Below, one piece after another: positions 55,049 to 64,000 of a DNA stretch of 64,000 nt (its first letter is position 1; each line of letters begins with the position of its first letter). Below the pieces are notes generated by a model, which saw only the letters and a program-made list of their open reading frames with translations, was not told where the DNA came from and did no database searches. Origin of the DNA: an uncultured bacterium (lineage in GTDB: Bacteria > Babelota > Babeliae > Babelales > Vermiphilaceae). The DNA lies in assembly GCA_963695335.1 (NCBI GenBank), contig OY968764.1, positions 1 to 64,000 of the forward strand. The letters run 5' to 3'. The translations under genes and the position numbers were made by a program.

Positions 55049-55160
55049 CATTTCAGAGTACTTCAGTGTTACTTCAGAGCTCACCAATATAATCGATCTG
55101 GTCGTGTTTATAAAACATTCAACTCTGAAGTCAACTCTGAAGTCAAAGCATTTCAGAGTT
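55049..55160. repeat. Cluster of six TTCAG(A/T)G motifs, direct and inverted
   Basis: Motifs start at 55052, 55062, 55073, 55152 (+) and 55123, 55135 (-). Confidence 0.75.
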
Positions 55161-55174
55161 CATAGCTAACTATA

Positions 55175-55203
55175 TTGATATCCGTCATAGACTGTAGTAT
55201 CAT
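55175..55203 (+). promoter_or_regulatory. Sigma70-type promoter
   Basis: TTGATA-17 bp-TATCAT upstream of 55242. Confidence 0.6.
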
Positions 55204-55241
55204 CTTACACAAAAAAAGTCTCATCAAAAAAAGGATCTAAC

Positions 55242-55769
55242 ATGTCTTTCTCAAAAATATCATTATTTTTATTATTGTGGTCCACAAATTACTCTTGCAT
55301 AATTGCTATGGATAAAGCTGCTGCCATAGTAACAACACAAGAATCTATTCAACAAAAATTAACAGCTCTAGATCTTAATATCTTAGCAATATTAAAGCAA
55401 TTAAGATTAGTAGAAAAACAAAAAAATCAAGATCAGTTAGCGTATGATAATTATTACGCAACCTGGCAAGAGGAAAAATCTAAAGCTTCATGTTTTGAGT
55501 GTCTTATGGGAAAACCTGAATTTGATCATAATGCACCTGAAGTGCGTAATTACAAGGGGCGCCTTATACTACGCGCTGAATCAATCCATCCTACCATATA
55601 TGGTAACGATGGCTCAGAAGGGAAATATAATGCTCTCAGGTCAAAATTATCAAGAAACCAAACTATCTCTTTTAAATATCAACATGATTTTGAACTAGGA
55701 AAAAGACATCAAGATCTCGAATTTTTACAATTAATAGAAAAAGATTTGCAAGATCATCTTAATTCTTGA
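55242..55769 (+). CDS. Hypothetical secreted protein
   Basis: AAGGA RBS; signal then MD; CxxC-like SCFEC. Confidence 0.72.
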   Translation: MSFSKISLFLLLWSTNYSCIIAMDKAAAIVTTQESIQQKLTALDLNILAILKQLRLVEKQKNQDQLAYDNYYATWQEEKSKASCFECLMGKPEFDHNAPEVRNYKGRLILRAESIHPTIYGNDGSEGKYNALRSKLSRNQTISFKYQHDFELGKRHQDLEFLQLIEKDLQDHLNS

Positions 55770-55811
55770 TGTACCTTGCTGGTTTGTAACTGATAATTAA
55801 TGTAATCAAAC

Positions 55812-55843
55812 AAAAGAGAGCTGGGTAAACACTCAGCTTTTTT
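55812..55843. terminator. Intrinsic terminator
   Basis: agctgggt-aaac-actcagc followed by T tract. Confidence 0.65.
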
Positions 55844-55931
55844 TATTTTTCATAACAATTGATTCTTATTACCATCCCACGCTAAGCTAGAAGCATGAAA
55901 ATAAATAATCATTAACTCATGAGATGTAATC

Positions 55932-56201
55932 ATGAAAAAACATTCTTTTATAACCCTTGTCATCAGCGCGCATATTCTCATCATCTTTTTGCAAATACAT
56001 AAGCACACGCTGTTTATAAAAAATAGTTACAATCACCAGCAGTGCGAAAAAAAGTTAGCACTGCTGCAAGAAAAAAAACAAACATTAACACAAGAACTGT
56101 ATGCGCTCAAAGATCGTGATAATATTAAAAAATACGCACAAGATAAACTCAAGATGCGTCCATATGCTCTCAACCAAGTTAAAAAGTTACAAACATCATG
56201 A
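55932..56201 (+). CDS. ftsL: FtsL-like cell division protein
   Basis: TM segment, coiled coil, IKKYAQDKLKM; stop overlaps start of PBP gene (ATGA). Confidence 0.7.
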   Translation: MKKHSFITLVISAHILIIFLQIHKHTLFIKNSYNHQQCEKKLALLQEKKQTLTQELYALKDRDNIKKYAQDKLKMRPYALNQVKKLQTS

Positions 56202-57832
56202 TACACAGCTTTAAGTTCCGCTCAACACTTGTTTTCTTCTTTTTTACCATGCTCTACGCAGCAGTTGGCATCAATTTATATGTAATTCAAATTAAACAGC
56301 ATGATTTTTATAAAAAATTAGCAGATCAGCAGTATCACGTGACCATCACACAAACACCACTGCGTGGCCCAATTTTTGATAGAACTGGTCGTAACTATCT
56401 TGCAATGAACAAAGATTATATTGCTGCATTTATTTTGCCCACACAGATGAAAGATAAAAAACGTACATTCACATTTTTAAAAAAACATTTCCCACAAACA
56501 ATTGCACGTTTTAAAAACTATAAACATAAACATTTTATGTTCATCAAACGGAGACTTTCTCCAGAAGAAATTGAACTCATCAAATGCGAAAACAGTCCTG
56601 ACATCTTCTTACTTTCTGAACCAGGCCGTTATTACCCTCTTGCATCAGCAAGCCCTCTTGTGGGGCTCACGAGCATTGATAACAAAGGCCTTCTTGGTAT
56701 TGAATTACTGTATAACAATTCCCTTGCAGGCCAACCAACCACATACCACTTAGACAAGGATGCGCGCTCTGGGTATTATTACTTTAAAAAAGAGACAACG
56801 GTGCAAGGAGATCTTGGCCAACCATTATATCTGACTATCGATGCAGATTTACAATTCTTGGTTCAAGAAGCTGTGCAACAAACTGTTGATAAATTCCATG
56901 CAAAAGAAGCGGCTGTTATTATTATGAATCCACAGAATGGTGAAATTATCACCATGCTTTCATACCCTTATTTTGATCCTAATAATCCACAAAGCACTAA
57001 TCAGGAAAATTTTAAAAATAAAATTGTTGTTGATGCTCATGAGCTTGGCTCAGTGATGAAAGTATGCGCCGCACTTGCTGCATTTGAAGAAGGTGTTGTA
57101 ACTCCTGATGAACTGATTGATTGCAAAGATAGCCTCACCACACAGATAGATGGCCGTACCATCAACACCGTACAAGCACATGGTATTATTCCATTCAATG
57201 ATGTTATTGCATTTTCAAACAATATTGGTATCGCCATTGTTGCAAAACGGTTAAACGACTCAATCTATGACCATTATAAAAAGTTGGGCTTTGGAACTAA
57301 AACTGGCATCGAATTCCCGGGAGAAAATAGTGGCTTTGTTAATCCTCCGGAACATTGGTCAAAACAATCAATTATTTCACTCTCTTATGGATATGAAGTT
57401 TCTATGACGTTGCTGCAACTTGCTTGTGCATTTTGTACTATTGCAACGGGACACAAAGTACATCCTATCCTTGTCGTAAATCAATGTGTTCCGCAGGAAA
57501 CACAACAGATTTACTCAGATGCCTCCCTCAACACCATCAAAGAAATATTAGAAAGAACAACCTTAAAAGGCACCGCACGCAGAGCTGCAATAAAAGGGTA
57601 TCGCATCATGAGTAAAACAGGAACTGCAAACATGCTCATTGATGGAAAATATGATCCCAATAAAAATATTTACACCTGTGCAGGAATTGTTGAAAAAGAT
57701 GATTATCAACGGGTTATTGTAACATTTGTTAAAGAAGCCCAGCAAAAAAATATGTATGCATCAACCGTTGCTGTGCCTTTATTTGAGGCTGTCGCAGAAC
57801 GTATGCTTATTCATGATAAAATAATTTCTTGA
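56198..57832 (+). CDS. ftsI: Class B penicillin-binding transpeptidase (FtsI/PBP3-like)
   Basis: RGPIFDR, RYYP, GIE, SVMK, SNN, KTGT motifs. Confidence 0.9.
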   Translation: MIHSFKFRSTLVFFFFTMLYAAVGINLYVIQIKQHDFYKKLADQQYHVTITQTPLRGPIFDRTGRNYLAMNKDYIAAFILPTQMKDKKRTFTFLKKHFPQTIARFKNYKHKHFMFIKRRLSPEEIELIKCENSPDIFLLSEPGRYYPLASASPLVGLTSIDNKGLLGIELLYNNSLAGQPTTYHLDKDARSGYYYFKKETTVQGDLGQPLYLTIDADLQFLVQEAVQQTVDKFHAKEAAVIIMNPQNGEIITMLSYPYFDPNNPQSTNQENFKNKIVVDAHELGSVMKVCAALAAFEEGVVTPDELIDCKDSLTTQIDGRTINTVQAHGIIPFNDVIAFSNNIGIAIVAKRLNDSIYDHYKKLGFGTKTGIEFPGENSGFVNPPEHWSKQSIISLSYGYEVSMTLLQLACAFCTIATGHKVHPILVVNQCVPQETQQIYSDASLNTIKEILERTTLKGTARRAAIKGYRIMSKTGTANMLIDGKYDPNKNIYTCAGIVEKDDYQRVIVTFVKEAQQKNMYASTVAVPLFEAVAERMLIHDKIIS

Positions 57833-57857
57833 TATAAAATTCTTAGGAAAAAAATAG

Positions 57858-58778
57858 ATGAAAAATCAAACTCATTGCCTTGTACCAGCAGATGTTCCAG
57901 AAAAAAAACGTGATACATTTATAAAAAATTATACAAAAATCACTCGCAACACCGGCCGCCTTTTTTTATTTTCATGCGATCACAAAATAGAACATCTTAA
58001 TGAAAATTTTTATGGTCCAGGCATCAGCCCACAAGCAATTCATCCCGAACATCTTTTTCGCATTGCATCACAGGGTAATATTGGTGCAATGGCAACTCAT
58101 TTGGGCCTCATTGCACGGTATGCACAGCAATACTCATCAATACATTATATCGCAAAACTCAATGCTAAAACAAATCTAATACCCACACAACAACACGATC
58201 CCAAAAGTGATTTATTATGGACGGTTGATGATGTAGTGAGTATGTGTCACAACAATAACAATATAATGATCCCAGGAGTTGGCGTTACCATTTATCTTGG
58301 CAGTGAATACGAATCAGAACAACTTGCACAAGCAGCTACTACCATTGCACATGCACATAGTGAAGGTCTTGTTGCAATTGTGTGGATGTATCCACGCGGA
58401 AAAGCAATTACACATGAAACTGATCCCAATCTTATTGCAGGTGCTACAGGAATTGCTGCATCACTTGGTGCTGATTTTGTAAAAATAAAAACACCTGCAG
58501 CAACAGATATTTCTACATCAGTGCAAAATCTTAAAATTGCATGCGCAGCAGCAGGCAACACCAAAGTTATCTGTGCAGGTGGTGAACAGATGAAACCAGA
58601 AGAATATCTGAAAACAGTCTATGATCAAATTCACAATGGCGACAGTGCTGGCACAGCAACAGGACGTAATATTTTTCAACGTTCGCTCACTGAAAGTATT
58701 GCATTAACACAGGCAATCGCTGGAATTGTGTACGATAACGCAGATCTCAAAACAAGCATATCTTTGTTATCCTCTTGA
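57858..58778 (+). CDS. Class I (DhnA-type) fructose-bisphosphate aldolase
   Basis: CDHKIEH, TIYLGSEYE, WMYPRG, LGADFVKI, GRNIFQR. Confidence 0.9.
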   Translation: MKNQTHCLVPADVPEKKRDTFIKNYTKITRNTGRLFLFSCDHKIEHLNENFYGPGISPQAIHPEHLFRIASQGNIGAMATHLGLIARYAQQYSSIHYIAKLNAKTNLIPTQQHDPKSDLLWTVDDVVSMCHNNNNIMIPGVGVTIYLGSEYESEQLAQAATTIAHAHSEGLVAIVWMYPRGKAITHETDPNLIAGATGIAASLGADFVKIKTPAATDISTSVQNLKIACAAAGNTKVICAGGEQMKPEEYLKTVYDQIHNGDSAGTATGRNIFQRSLTESIALTQAIAGIVYDNADLKTSISLLSS

Positions 58779-58828
58779 ATTTATCCTCATCCTGTCCTAA
58801 GCTAGAAAAAAAATAAGGATAATGTTGC

Positions 58829-60265
58829 ATGAAAAAATATCTCCCACTGCTCGTGTCTCTCTTTTTTATTGCCCCAAACAACGGCTATGACCGTGATGTG
58901 TATGCACACTCTTTTATGTATACCAAACCTGCGTATTATGATGTTGTAATGGAACAAGCACTCTGGCACAACATTGCATACAATAAAAAAGGACCTATTA
59001 AAGGCGGCCTGCAAGCTGTTCCCTTCTTCCAACAATCTATGAGTCTTTGCAAAACGGCCAAATATTTTCTCATGAAAGGCAAAACAGAACTGCTTGTGGC
59101 TGGTGATAACACTCCTTTAATTTTAAACAGAGATATTCGCGCAGAATGGGTTAATCTACCATCCACATTTAGTGGTGTTTTATCACTGAACCCAAAACAG
59201 AAACAAGTCGGTCTATTTCTTGAATATCATCAAGATTTAAAAAATTGGTTTGATGTGATGATATTGCGTGATATGTACATCTCAGTGCAAATGCCCGTAT
59301 CAGAAACAGAAAATGATATTCATTTTACCCAAACAAATGTCATAAATCCTCAAGAACAGTTCCCGCAAGATATACTGCAAGCATTCAATCAACCATCATG
59401 GGAATTTAGTCGTATCACCAACTGCCAAAAAAAACGTGTTGGTGTTGCAGAGTTACGAGTAAAAGTTGGTACTTCGTACATTTCAGAAAATTATTTCCTC
59501 ATCAATTACTATTCAATACTTGGTATACCAACCGGTAATAAACAAAATGGTGAAATTATGTTTGAAGCGGTTAACGGTAATAATCACCATTTAGGGATTG
59601 GTGCCGGGCTTAACTTACAAGCACCGCTTAATCGCGATACAAGTTGTTGGGCTCTGTGTGCATTTCTTGATCTTGAATCAATGATTCTCATCAGAAATAA
59701 ACAGCACCGCACCTACGATTTACTCCAAAAACCATGGAGTAGATTTGTTCAAGTGAATTTACCAATTATTGAAGGCAAACCTTTTAATCTTGCAACAACC
59801 ACCAATCTACCCGGTGTTAACTTTTTTACACAAAAAATTTATGCAAAACCATTTAACGTTGTTGATTTTGCACTTGGCTGGCGCCTGAAAATAAACTCTG
59901 TAGAAGGTGAAATTGGGTACGCTATTTGGGGCCATCCAACAGAACGTACCAATCTTAATACACCAATCTGCCAACCATTTGGTATTGCAGGCAGCGCTCC
60001 CGGAAAAACAGCAAGCCGTAGTACCATTGCACAACAAGCACCAGATGATCTTGATTTTGTTGCTATTACACGATTTGATTTGGATCGATCAACGGGAGAA
60101 AGCAGCGGTGGATTTGTGCAGCGCGCTGTTGCAAGTTTAGGTTGGGTTAAACAAGGTGAAACAATTGATGGCGTTGTTGGTATCGGTGGATCAGTTGATG
60201 TTCCATTTGAAACATCGATATTACAACTTTGGAAAGTCTGGGGAAAAGTTTCATTAACATTTTAA
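58829..60265 (+). CDS. Putative outer-membrane beta-barrel protein of unknown function
   Basis: Signal peptide, amphipathic strands, C-terminal WGKVSLTF resembling a beta-signal. Confidence 0.65.
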   Translation: MKKYLPLLVSLFFIAPNNGYDRDVYAHSFMYTKPAYYDVVMEQALWHNIAYNKKGPIKGGLQAVPFFQQSMSLCKTAKYFLMKGKTELLVAGDNTPLILNRDIRAEWVNLPSTFSGVLSLNPKQKQVGLFLEYHQDLKNWFDVMILRDMYISVQMPVSETENDIHFTQTNVINPQEQFPQDILQAFNQPSWEFSRITNCQKKRVGVAELRVKVGTSYISENYFLINYYSILGIPTGNKQNGEIMFEAVNGNNHHLGIGAGLNLQAPLNRDTSCWALCAFLDLESMILIRNKQHRTYDLLQKPWSRFVQVNLPIIEGKPFNLATTTNLPGVNFFTQKIYAKPFNVVDFALGWRLKINSVEGEIGYAIWGHPTERTNLNTPICQPFGIAGSAPGKTASRSTIAQQAPDDLDFVAITRFDLDRSTGESSGGFVQRAVASLGWVKQGETIDGVVGIGGSVDVPFETSILQLWKVWGKVSLTF

Positions 60266-60286
60266 AAAATTATTAGGACCTTTTTT

Positions 60287-60673
60287 ATGAAATTTGCTTA
60301 CACCATACTATACGTACAAGACGTAGAATCGACTCTCAATTTTTATATCAAAGCTTTTGAATGTACGTTACGATTTTTGCACGAAAGTAAGACCTATGGT
60401 GAACTTGAAACAGGAAATACGACTCTTGCTTTTGTAAGCGAATCACTTGCAGAAAATAATATAGGTACATTTGAAAAAAATGATCTCAAAAAAAAACCCG
60501 CCGGTTTTGAAATAGCTTTTACTACCGATAATGTGGAGCATGCCTATGAACATGCATTACATTCAGGAGCACAAGCAGTTCACGCGCCGATACAAAAACC
60601 ATGGGGACAATTAGTAGCCTATGTCCGAGATATTAATGGTATTATCATTGAAATATGCAGCCCTTTGTCCTAA
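60287..60673 (+). CDS. VOC/glyoxalase family protein
   Basis: YTILYVQDV, EIAFTTDNV, KPWGQLVAYVRDING. Confidence 0.92.
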   Translation: MKFAYTILYVQDVESTLNFYIKAFECTLRFLHESKTYGELETGNTTLAFVSESLAENNIGTFEKNDLKKKPAGFEIAFTTDNVEHAYEHALHSGAQAVHAPIQKPWGQLVAYVRDINGIIIEICSPLS

Positions 60674-60679
60674 ATACTT

Positions 60680-60982
60680 ATGCCAAAAAATAAAACAGCT
60701 CTTCATTTAAATGATCTTATGAATATTGGAAAAGCAATGCTCCAAGATCTTCATCTTCTTAATATTCAAAGCATAGAACAATTAGCAAAAATGGATCCAG
60801 ACACGTTATACACAAATCTAGAAGTAATCACTAAAAAGCATCAAGATCCTTGCGTCTGGGATGTCTTTGCTGCTGCAATTCATGAAGCACGCACTGGTCA
60901 AAAATCTCCTTGGTGGAAATGGACCCCCATGCGAAAACAAAAAGAAGCATTACGCCCTTTATGCATCCATAAAAAGAAATAA
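60680..60982 (+). CDS. Helix-hairpin-helix protein (Cdd1/mitomycin-resistance-like)
   Basis: LMNIGKAMLQDL, QDPCVWDVF, PWWKWT. Confidence 0.85.
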   Translation: MPKNKTALHLNDLMNIGKAMLQDLHLLNIQSIEQLAKMDPDTLYTNLEVITKKHQDPCVWDVFAAAIHEARTGQKSPWWKWTPMRKQKEALRPLCIHKKK

Positions 60983-61005
60983 CCTGGCATATCACACAAG
61001 CTTTA

Positions 61006-61033
61006 TTGACCATGCCTTTTTTTGTGGTATTCT
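61006..61033 (+). promoter_or_regulatory. Sigma70-type promoter with extended -10
   Basis: TTGACC-16 bp-(TGG)TATTCT. Confidence 0.5.
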
Positions 61034-61276
61034 AAAATTAATATTCAATTAATTCCTGGGAAAGGAATCCCAACTATGAAAAGTTTAATTATCTCTAATT
61101 AGTCGTCTAAGCAGTATTATTTATATCTATTAGATGACGTCTTTATGTATTACCTTTTGCGCTTCTTACAGCGTTAAAGGTTATTTCTTAGTATTCCTAT
61201 TTTATTACATACATTCGTAAGGTATAGCTCCATGCATTGGAATAATTATGTATCTCTATTAATGGGATTAAGTATT

Positions 61277-62180
61277 AGATCTCTTTCGATTCTCTGAAAA
61301 ATAGATATATTTAATGGCTAAACTAAAAAAGGGAGGCCATGAAAATAGATCATTTAAAAAAGTTATCTGATGAACAATTTCGCCGGGTAGTAGGTGTAAA
61401 GAGAAACACCTTTGTTTTAATGTCTTATACTTTACATAATGCGCATATAATTAAAAAAGCGAAAGGTGGTCGTCCGAATAAATTAAGTTTAGATACCATG
61501 CTTTTAATGGCATTGGAGTATCTAAGAGAGTATCGAACTTATGCTGCTATTGGAGCTAGTTATGGGTTAAGTGAAAGTAATGCATATCAATCAATTCGAT
61601 GGGTTGAAAATGTACTGATTCAATGTAATGAATTTAAATTGCCTGGCAAAAAAGCTCTTACCAAAAGCGATAATGAATTTGAAGTAATTTTAATCGATGT
61701 AGCTGAAAGTCCAATTGAACGCCCTAAAAAAAACAACGGCAATTTTATTCTGGAAAAAAGAAAAGACATACTGTAAAAACTCAAGTGATTGTTGATAAAG
61801 ATACAGCAGCTATTATTTGTACTAGTTTTACAAATGGAAGAAAACATGACTTTCGTCTTTTCAAAGACTCAGGCGTTCATATAAATCCTGCGATTAACGC
61901 ATTAACTGATACTGGTTATTTAGGATTACAAAAAATTCATTTGAACACTTCTATGCCAAAAAAGAAAAGCAAAAAGCACCCTTTAACAAAGGCTGATAAA
62001 ATTAAAAATCAGGAAATATCAAAAGAACGTGTTTTGAATGAAAATGTTATAGGTAAAATTAAACGTTTCAAAATTGTCGCTGATCGATATCGCAACAGGA
62101 GAAAGCGATTTGGTTTACGTTTCAATTTGATAGCAGGAATATATAATTTTGAGTTAAAAAATTAGTTTCGAAAGAGGTCT
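61277..62180 (+). mobile_element. IS5-family insertion sequence, copy 2, 904 bp
   Basis: Same TIRs, flanking ATT (or TA) direct repeat; ORF translations identical to copy 1. Confidence 0.93.
61339..62165 (+). CDS. IS5-family transposase OrfA/OrfB with -1 shift at A8 (61726..61733)
   Basis: cct aaa aaa aac aac ggc; the shifted frame gives KKQRQFYSGKKKRHTVKTQVIVD. Confidence 0.88.
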
Positions 62181-62198
62181 ATTATATACTCGATAACT

Positions 62199-63023
62199 AT
62201 GTGTACTGAAAGTATAAAAAAAATGAATAATTCTAAAATATCTCACAATACATTGTCTCAATGGTTAAGTGATGTTAAAGCAGAAACAATTTCAAAAAAA
62301 GCTGGTCAACTCATCACCAATGATGTCTGTGGCTCTCCAGTAAGTATCGATTGGCAAATCACTGATATCCTATCGTCGAATCTTGCTGAATTTAAAAGAA
62401 ATGTGTGCGACTTGGCTGCTAAAGTAACAGCTACGATAGAAATACAATTTTTACATGCATACCCTGAGGCAGTATCTCAAGATGGATTTTTAAAGGCATG
62501 TGAACCTTTATTTGGACATGGGATAGAAAATATTGATTGGCAAGCAGTTGAAAAAACAATACAAACATCAATCAAACAATTTTATCTCATGGATATATCA
62601 AAATTTGGTGCTGACATTGTCGGTAAACTTGCTGATGATGTTTATTTTTTTGCATCAATTAAAGATCAAAAAACAGATAATTTACTTGGATTTATTATCT
62701 GTTCTATTACACCAGCATTGCCATATGGTAATATTAAAGTAATCAATATAGTAATTGCGCCAGAAGGGCAAAATCGTGAATTAGAAAGAATACTGTTGAG
62801 TTCTATTTTTGCTATAATTCCACAAGTACAACGTATATTCATTATTACTCGACCAACCAATAGCACAGCACTAAACGCATACAAAACATGTGGCTTTATA
62901 CAAGATGTAAATCCTATACAAGATCCAAATCATACAATTACAACAGAACATTTTGTTGTGTTTGAATATAAAAGCAATCAATGCAATATACTGCAAAACA
63001 TAGCTGAAACATTTACTGAATAG
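62199..63023 (+). CDS. Protein with C-terminal GNAT acetyltransferase-like domain
   Basis: IVIAPEGQNRELERILL (motif A-like), NSTALNAYKTCGF (motif B). Confidence 0.75.
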   Translation: MCTESIKKMNNSKISHNTLSQWLSDVKAETISKKAGQLITNDVCGSPVSIDWQITDILSSNLAEFKRNVCDLAAKVTATIEIQFLHAYPEAVSQDGFLKACEPLFGHGIENIDWQAVEKTIQTSIKQFYLMDISKFGADIVGKLADDVYFFASIKDQKTDNLLGFIICSITPALPYGNIKVINIVIAPEGQNRELERILLSSIFAIIPQVQRIFIITRPTNSTALNAYKTCGFIQDVNPIQDPNHTITTEHFVVFEYKSNQCNILQNIAETFTE

Positions 63024-63029
63024 ATTACA

Positions 63030-63058
63030 AGAAGGCCACCAATCCATGGTGGCCTTCT
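63030..63058. terminator. Hairpin downstream of GNAT gene
   Basis: agaaggccacca-atcca-tggtggccttct. Confidence 0.65.
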
Positions 63059-63211
63059 CCCATTGCTTCATAAAATATCTTAATTTATTGCGCCTCAATA
63101 AATAATTCAGGCCCTTTTTTATAAAGCTTATATTCTTGATACATGTACCAAGATAAAAAAAGCCCTGCAATAACCAAAATTTTGTTTTGTCATAATGATT
63201 ACCTTTCTTTT

Positions 63212-63282
63212 GCGCTCATCCTGCCGTATTCTCCGTAGCCTTTGGCGAAGGATGTAAGCTTGTCGAAGGATTTCCTTGAGCG
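63212..63282 (+). repeat. REP-like element with nested insert
   Basis: gcgctcatcctg[ccgtattctccgtagcctttggcgaaggatgt]aagcttgtcgaaggatttccttgagcg. Confidence 0.75.
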
Positions 63283-63356
63283 TTATTGTTTTTTATATAT
63301 AAAGTTATATCCTTTCTGGAAGGTCTGGGGAAAAATTTCACTAACGTTTTAAAATT

Positions 63357-63389
63357 AAAAAGCCTCATGTTGTTACGCATGAGGTTTTT
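63357..63389. terminator. Terminator for 63413 gene
   Basis: aaaaagcctcatg-ttgttacg-catgaggttttt. Confidence 0.75.
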
Positions 63390-63412
63390 GCATTGTACAA
63401 ACTTATTTGTAT

Positions 63413-63913
63413 TTATTTTCTAAAAACTTCTTCTTTTGATTTATTATTTTTAGATTGAGTATTTTCAACATATTGTTTAAAAAGAGAACAATATTCTAGA
63501 TTTCGTGTACCAAAAATTACTGCCCCAACATTACACAATTTATCATCATAATCAGGCATTTGTTCAACATCATAACAATATATAGCATTATTCATATTTC
63601 CATGTTCTTTAATCTCTGAAAACTCATCAGAGTCAATAAAATGATGGTTTTTTGCAATTTTATCAAGCGTGCCTATTTCTTTAAATTGCTTATTCTTGAG
63701 CATTACTATTCTTGTATATTTAAATACAGGATCAGGTTGAGAATGCCACCACAGCGCATTCAAACGCCGATGTATGCTATCGCCACCAATATATGTATTC
63801 ATTCCATTCTTGAAAACAAAGTTTTTTGATTCACATGCTTCTAAAATTGTAAATGTAACACTATTCATTGCTATAAAAACTATAAGTCCAAACATCATTT
63901 GTTTTATCATCAT
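63413..63913 (-). CDS. Hypothetical exported protein
   Basis: AAGGA RBS before MMIKQ, signal-like N-terminus. Confidence 0.65.
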   Translation of the reverse strand: MMIKQMMFGLIVFIAMNSVTFTILEACESKNFVFKNGMNTYIGGDSIHRRLNALWWHSQPDPVFKYTRIVMLKNKQFKEIGTLDKIAKNHHFIDSDEFSEIKEHGNMNNAIYCYDVEQMPDYDDKLCNVGAVIFGTRNLEYCSLFKQYVENTQSKNNKSKEEVFRK

Positions 63914-64000
63914 TGTGCATCCTTTTTTATTTTTTTGTAGCAAGTTTTTGTTGTGCCAAATATTCTCTATAAAAAGCACATCGTTCTAAATTTTGAGTAC

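Overview
AT-rich bacterial chromosomal segment with no rRNA or CRISPR. The gene content (many signal-peptide orphans, ankyrin and WD40-like proteins, a signal-peptide MutS-domain ATPase) suggests a host-dependent bacterium such as Candidatus Babeliae (Dependentiae/TM6); this assignment is inference. Housekeeping genes include prfB, cysS, bamA, ftsL/ftsI, trxA, a class I aldolase, pilC-like, HIT, GDPD, transporters and four tRNAs. Main highlights: (1) a ~15 kb tandem array of four paralogous, mosaic genes for signal-peptide fibres (helical N-domain, Cys-Cys, collagen, NTAVG beta-helix repeats, S74 self-cleaving chaperone) with no autotransporter barrel and no phage context, plus a fifth collagen gene sharing the GPRGHRGHR motif next to a GT2-TPR glycosyltransferase; (2) eight unrelated secreted proteins whose predicted mature N-terminus is Met-Glu/Asp/His; (3) a modular, nested family of REP-like palindromes, including hairpins fused to tRNA CCA ends; (4) two apparently identical inverted 904-bp IS5-family elements with an A8 frameshift site bracketing ~55 kb. 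All alignments and family calls were made by eye.
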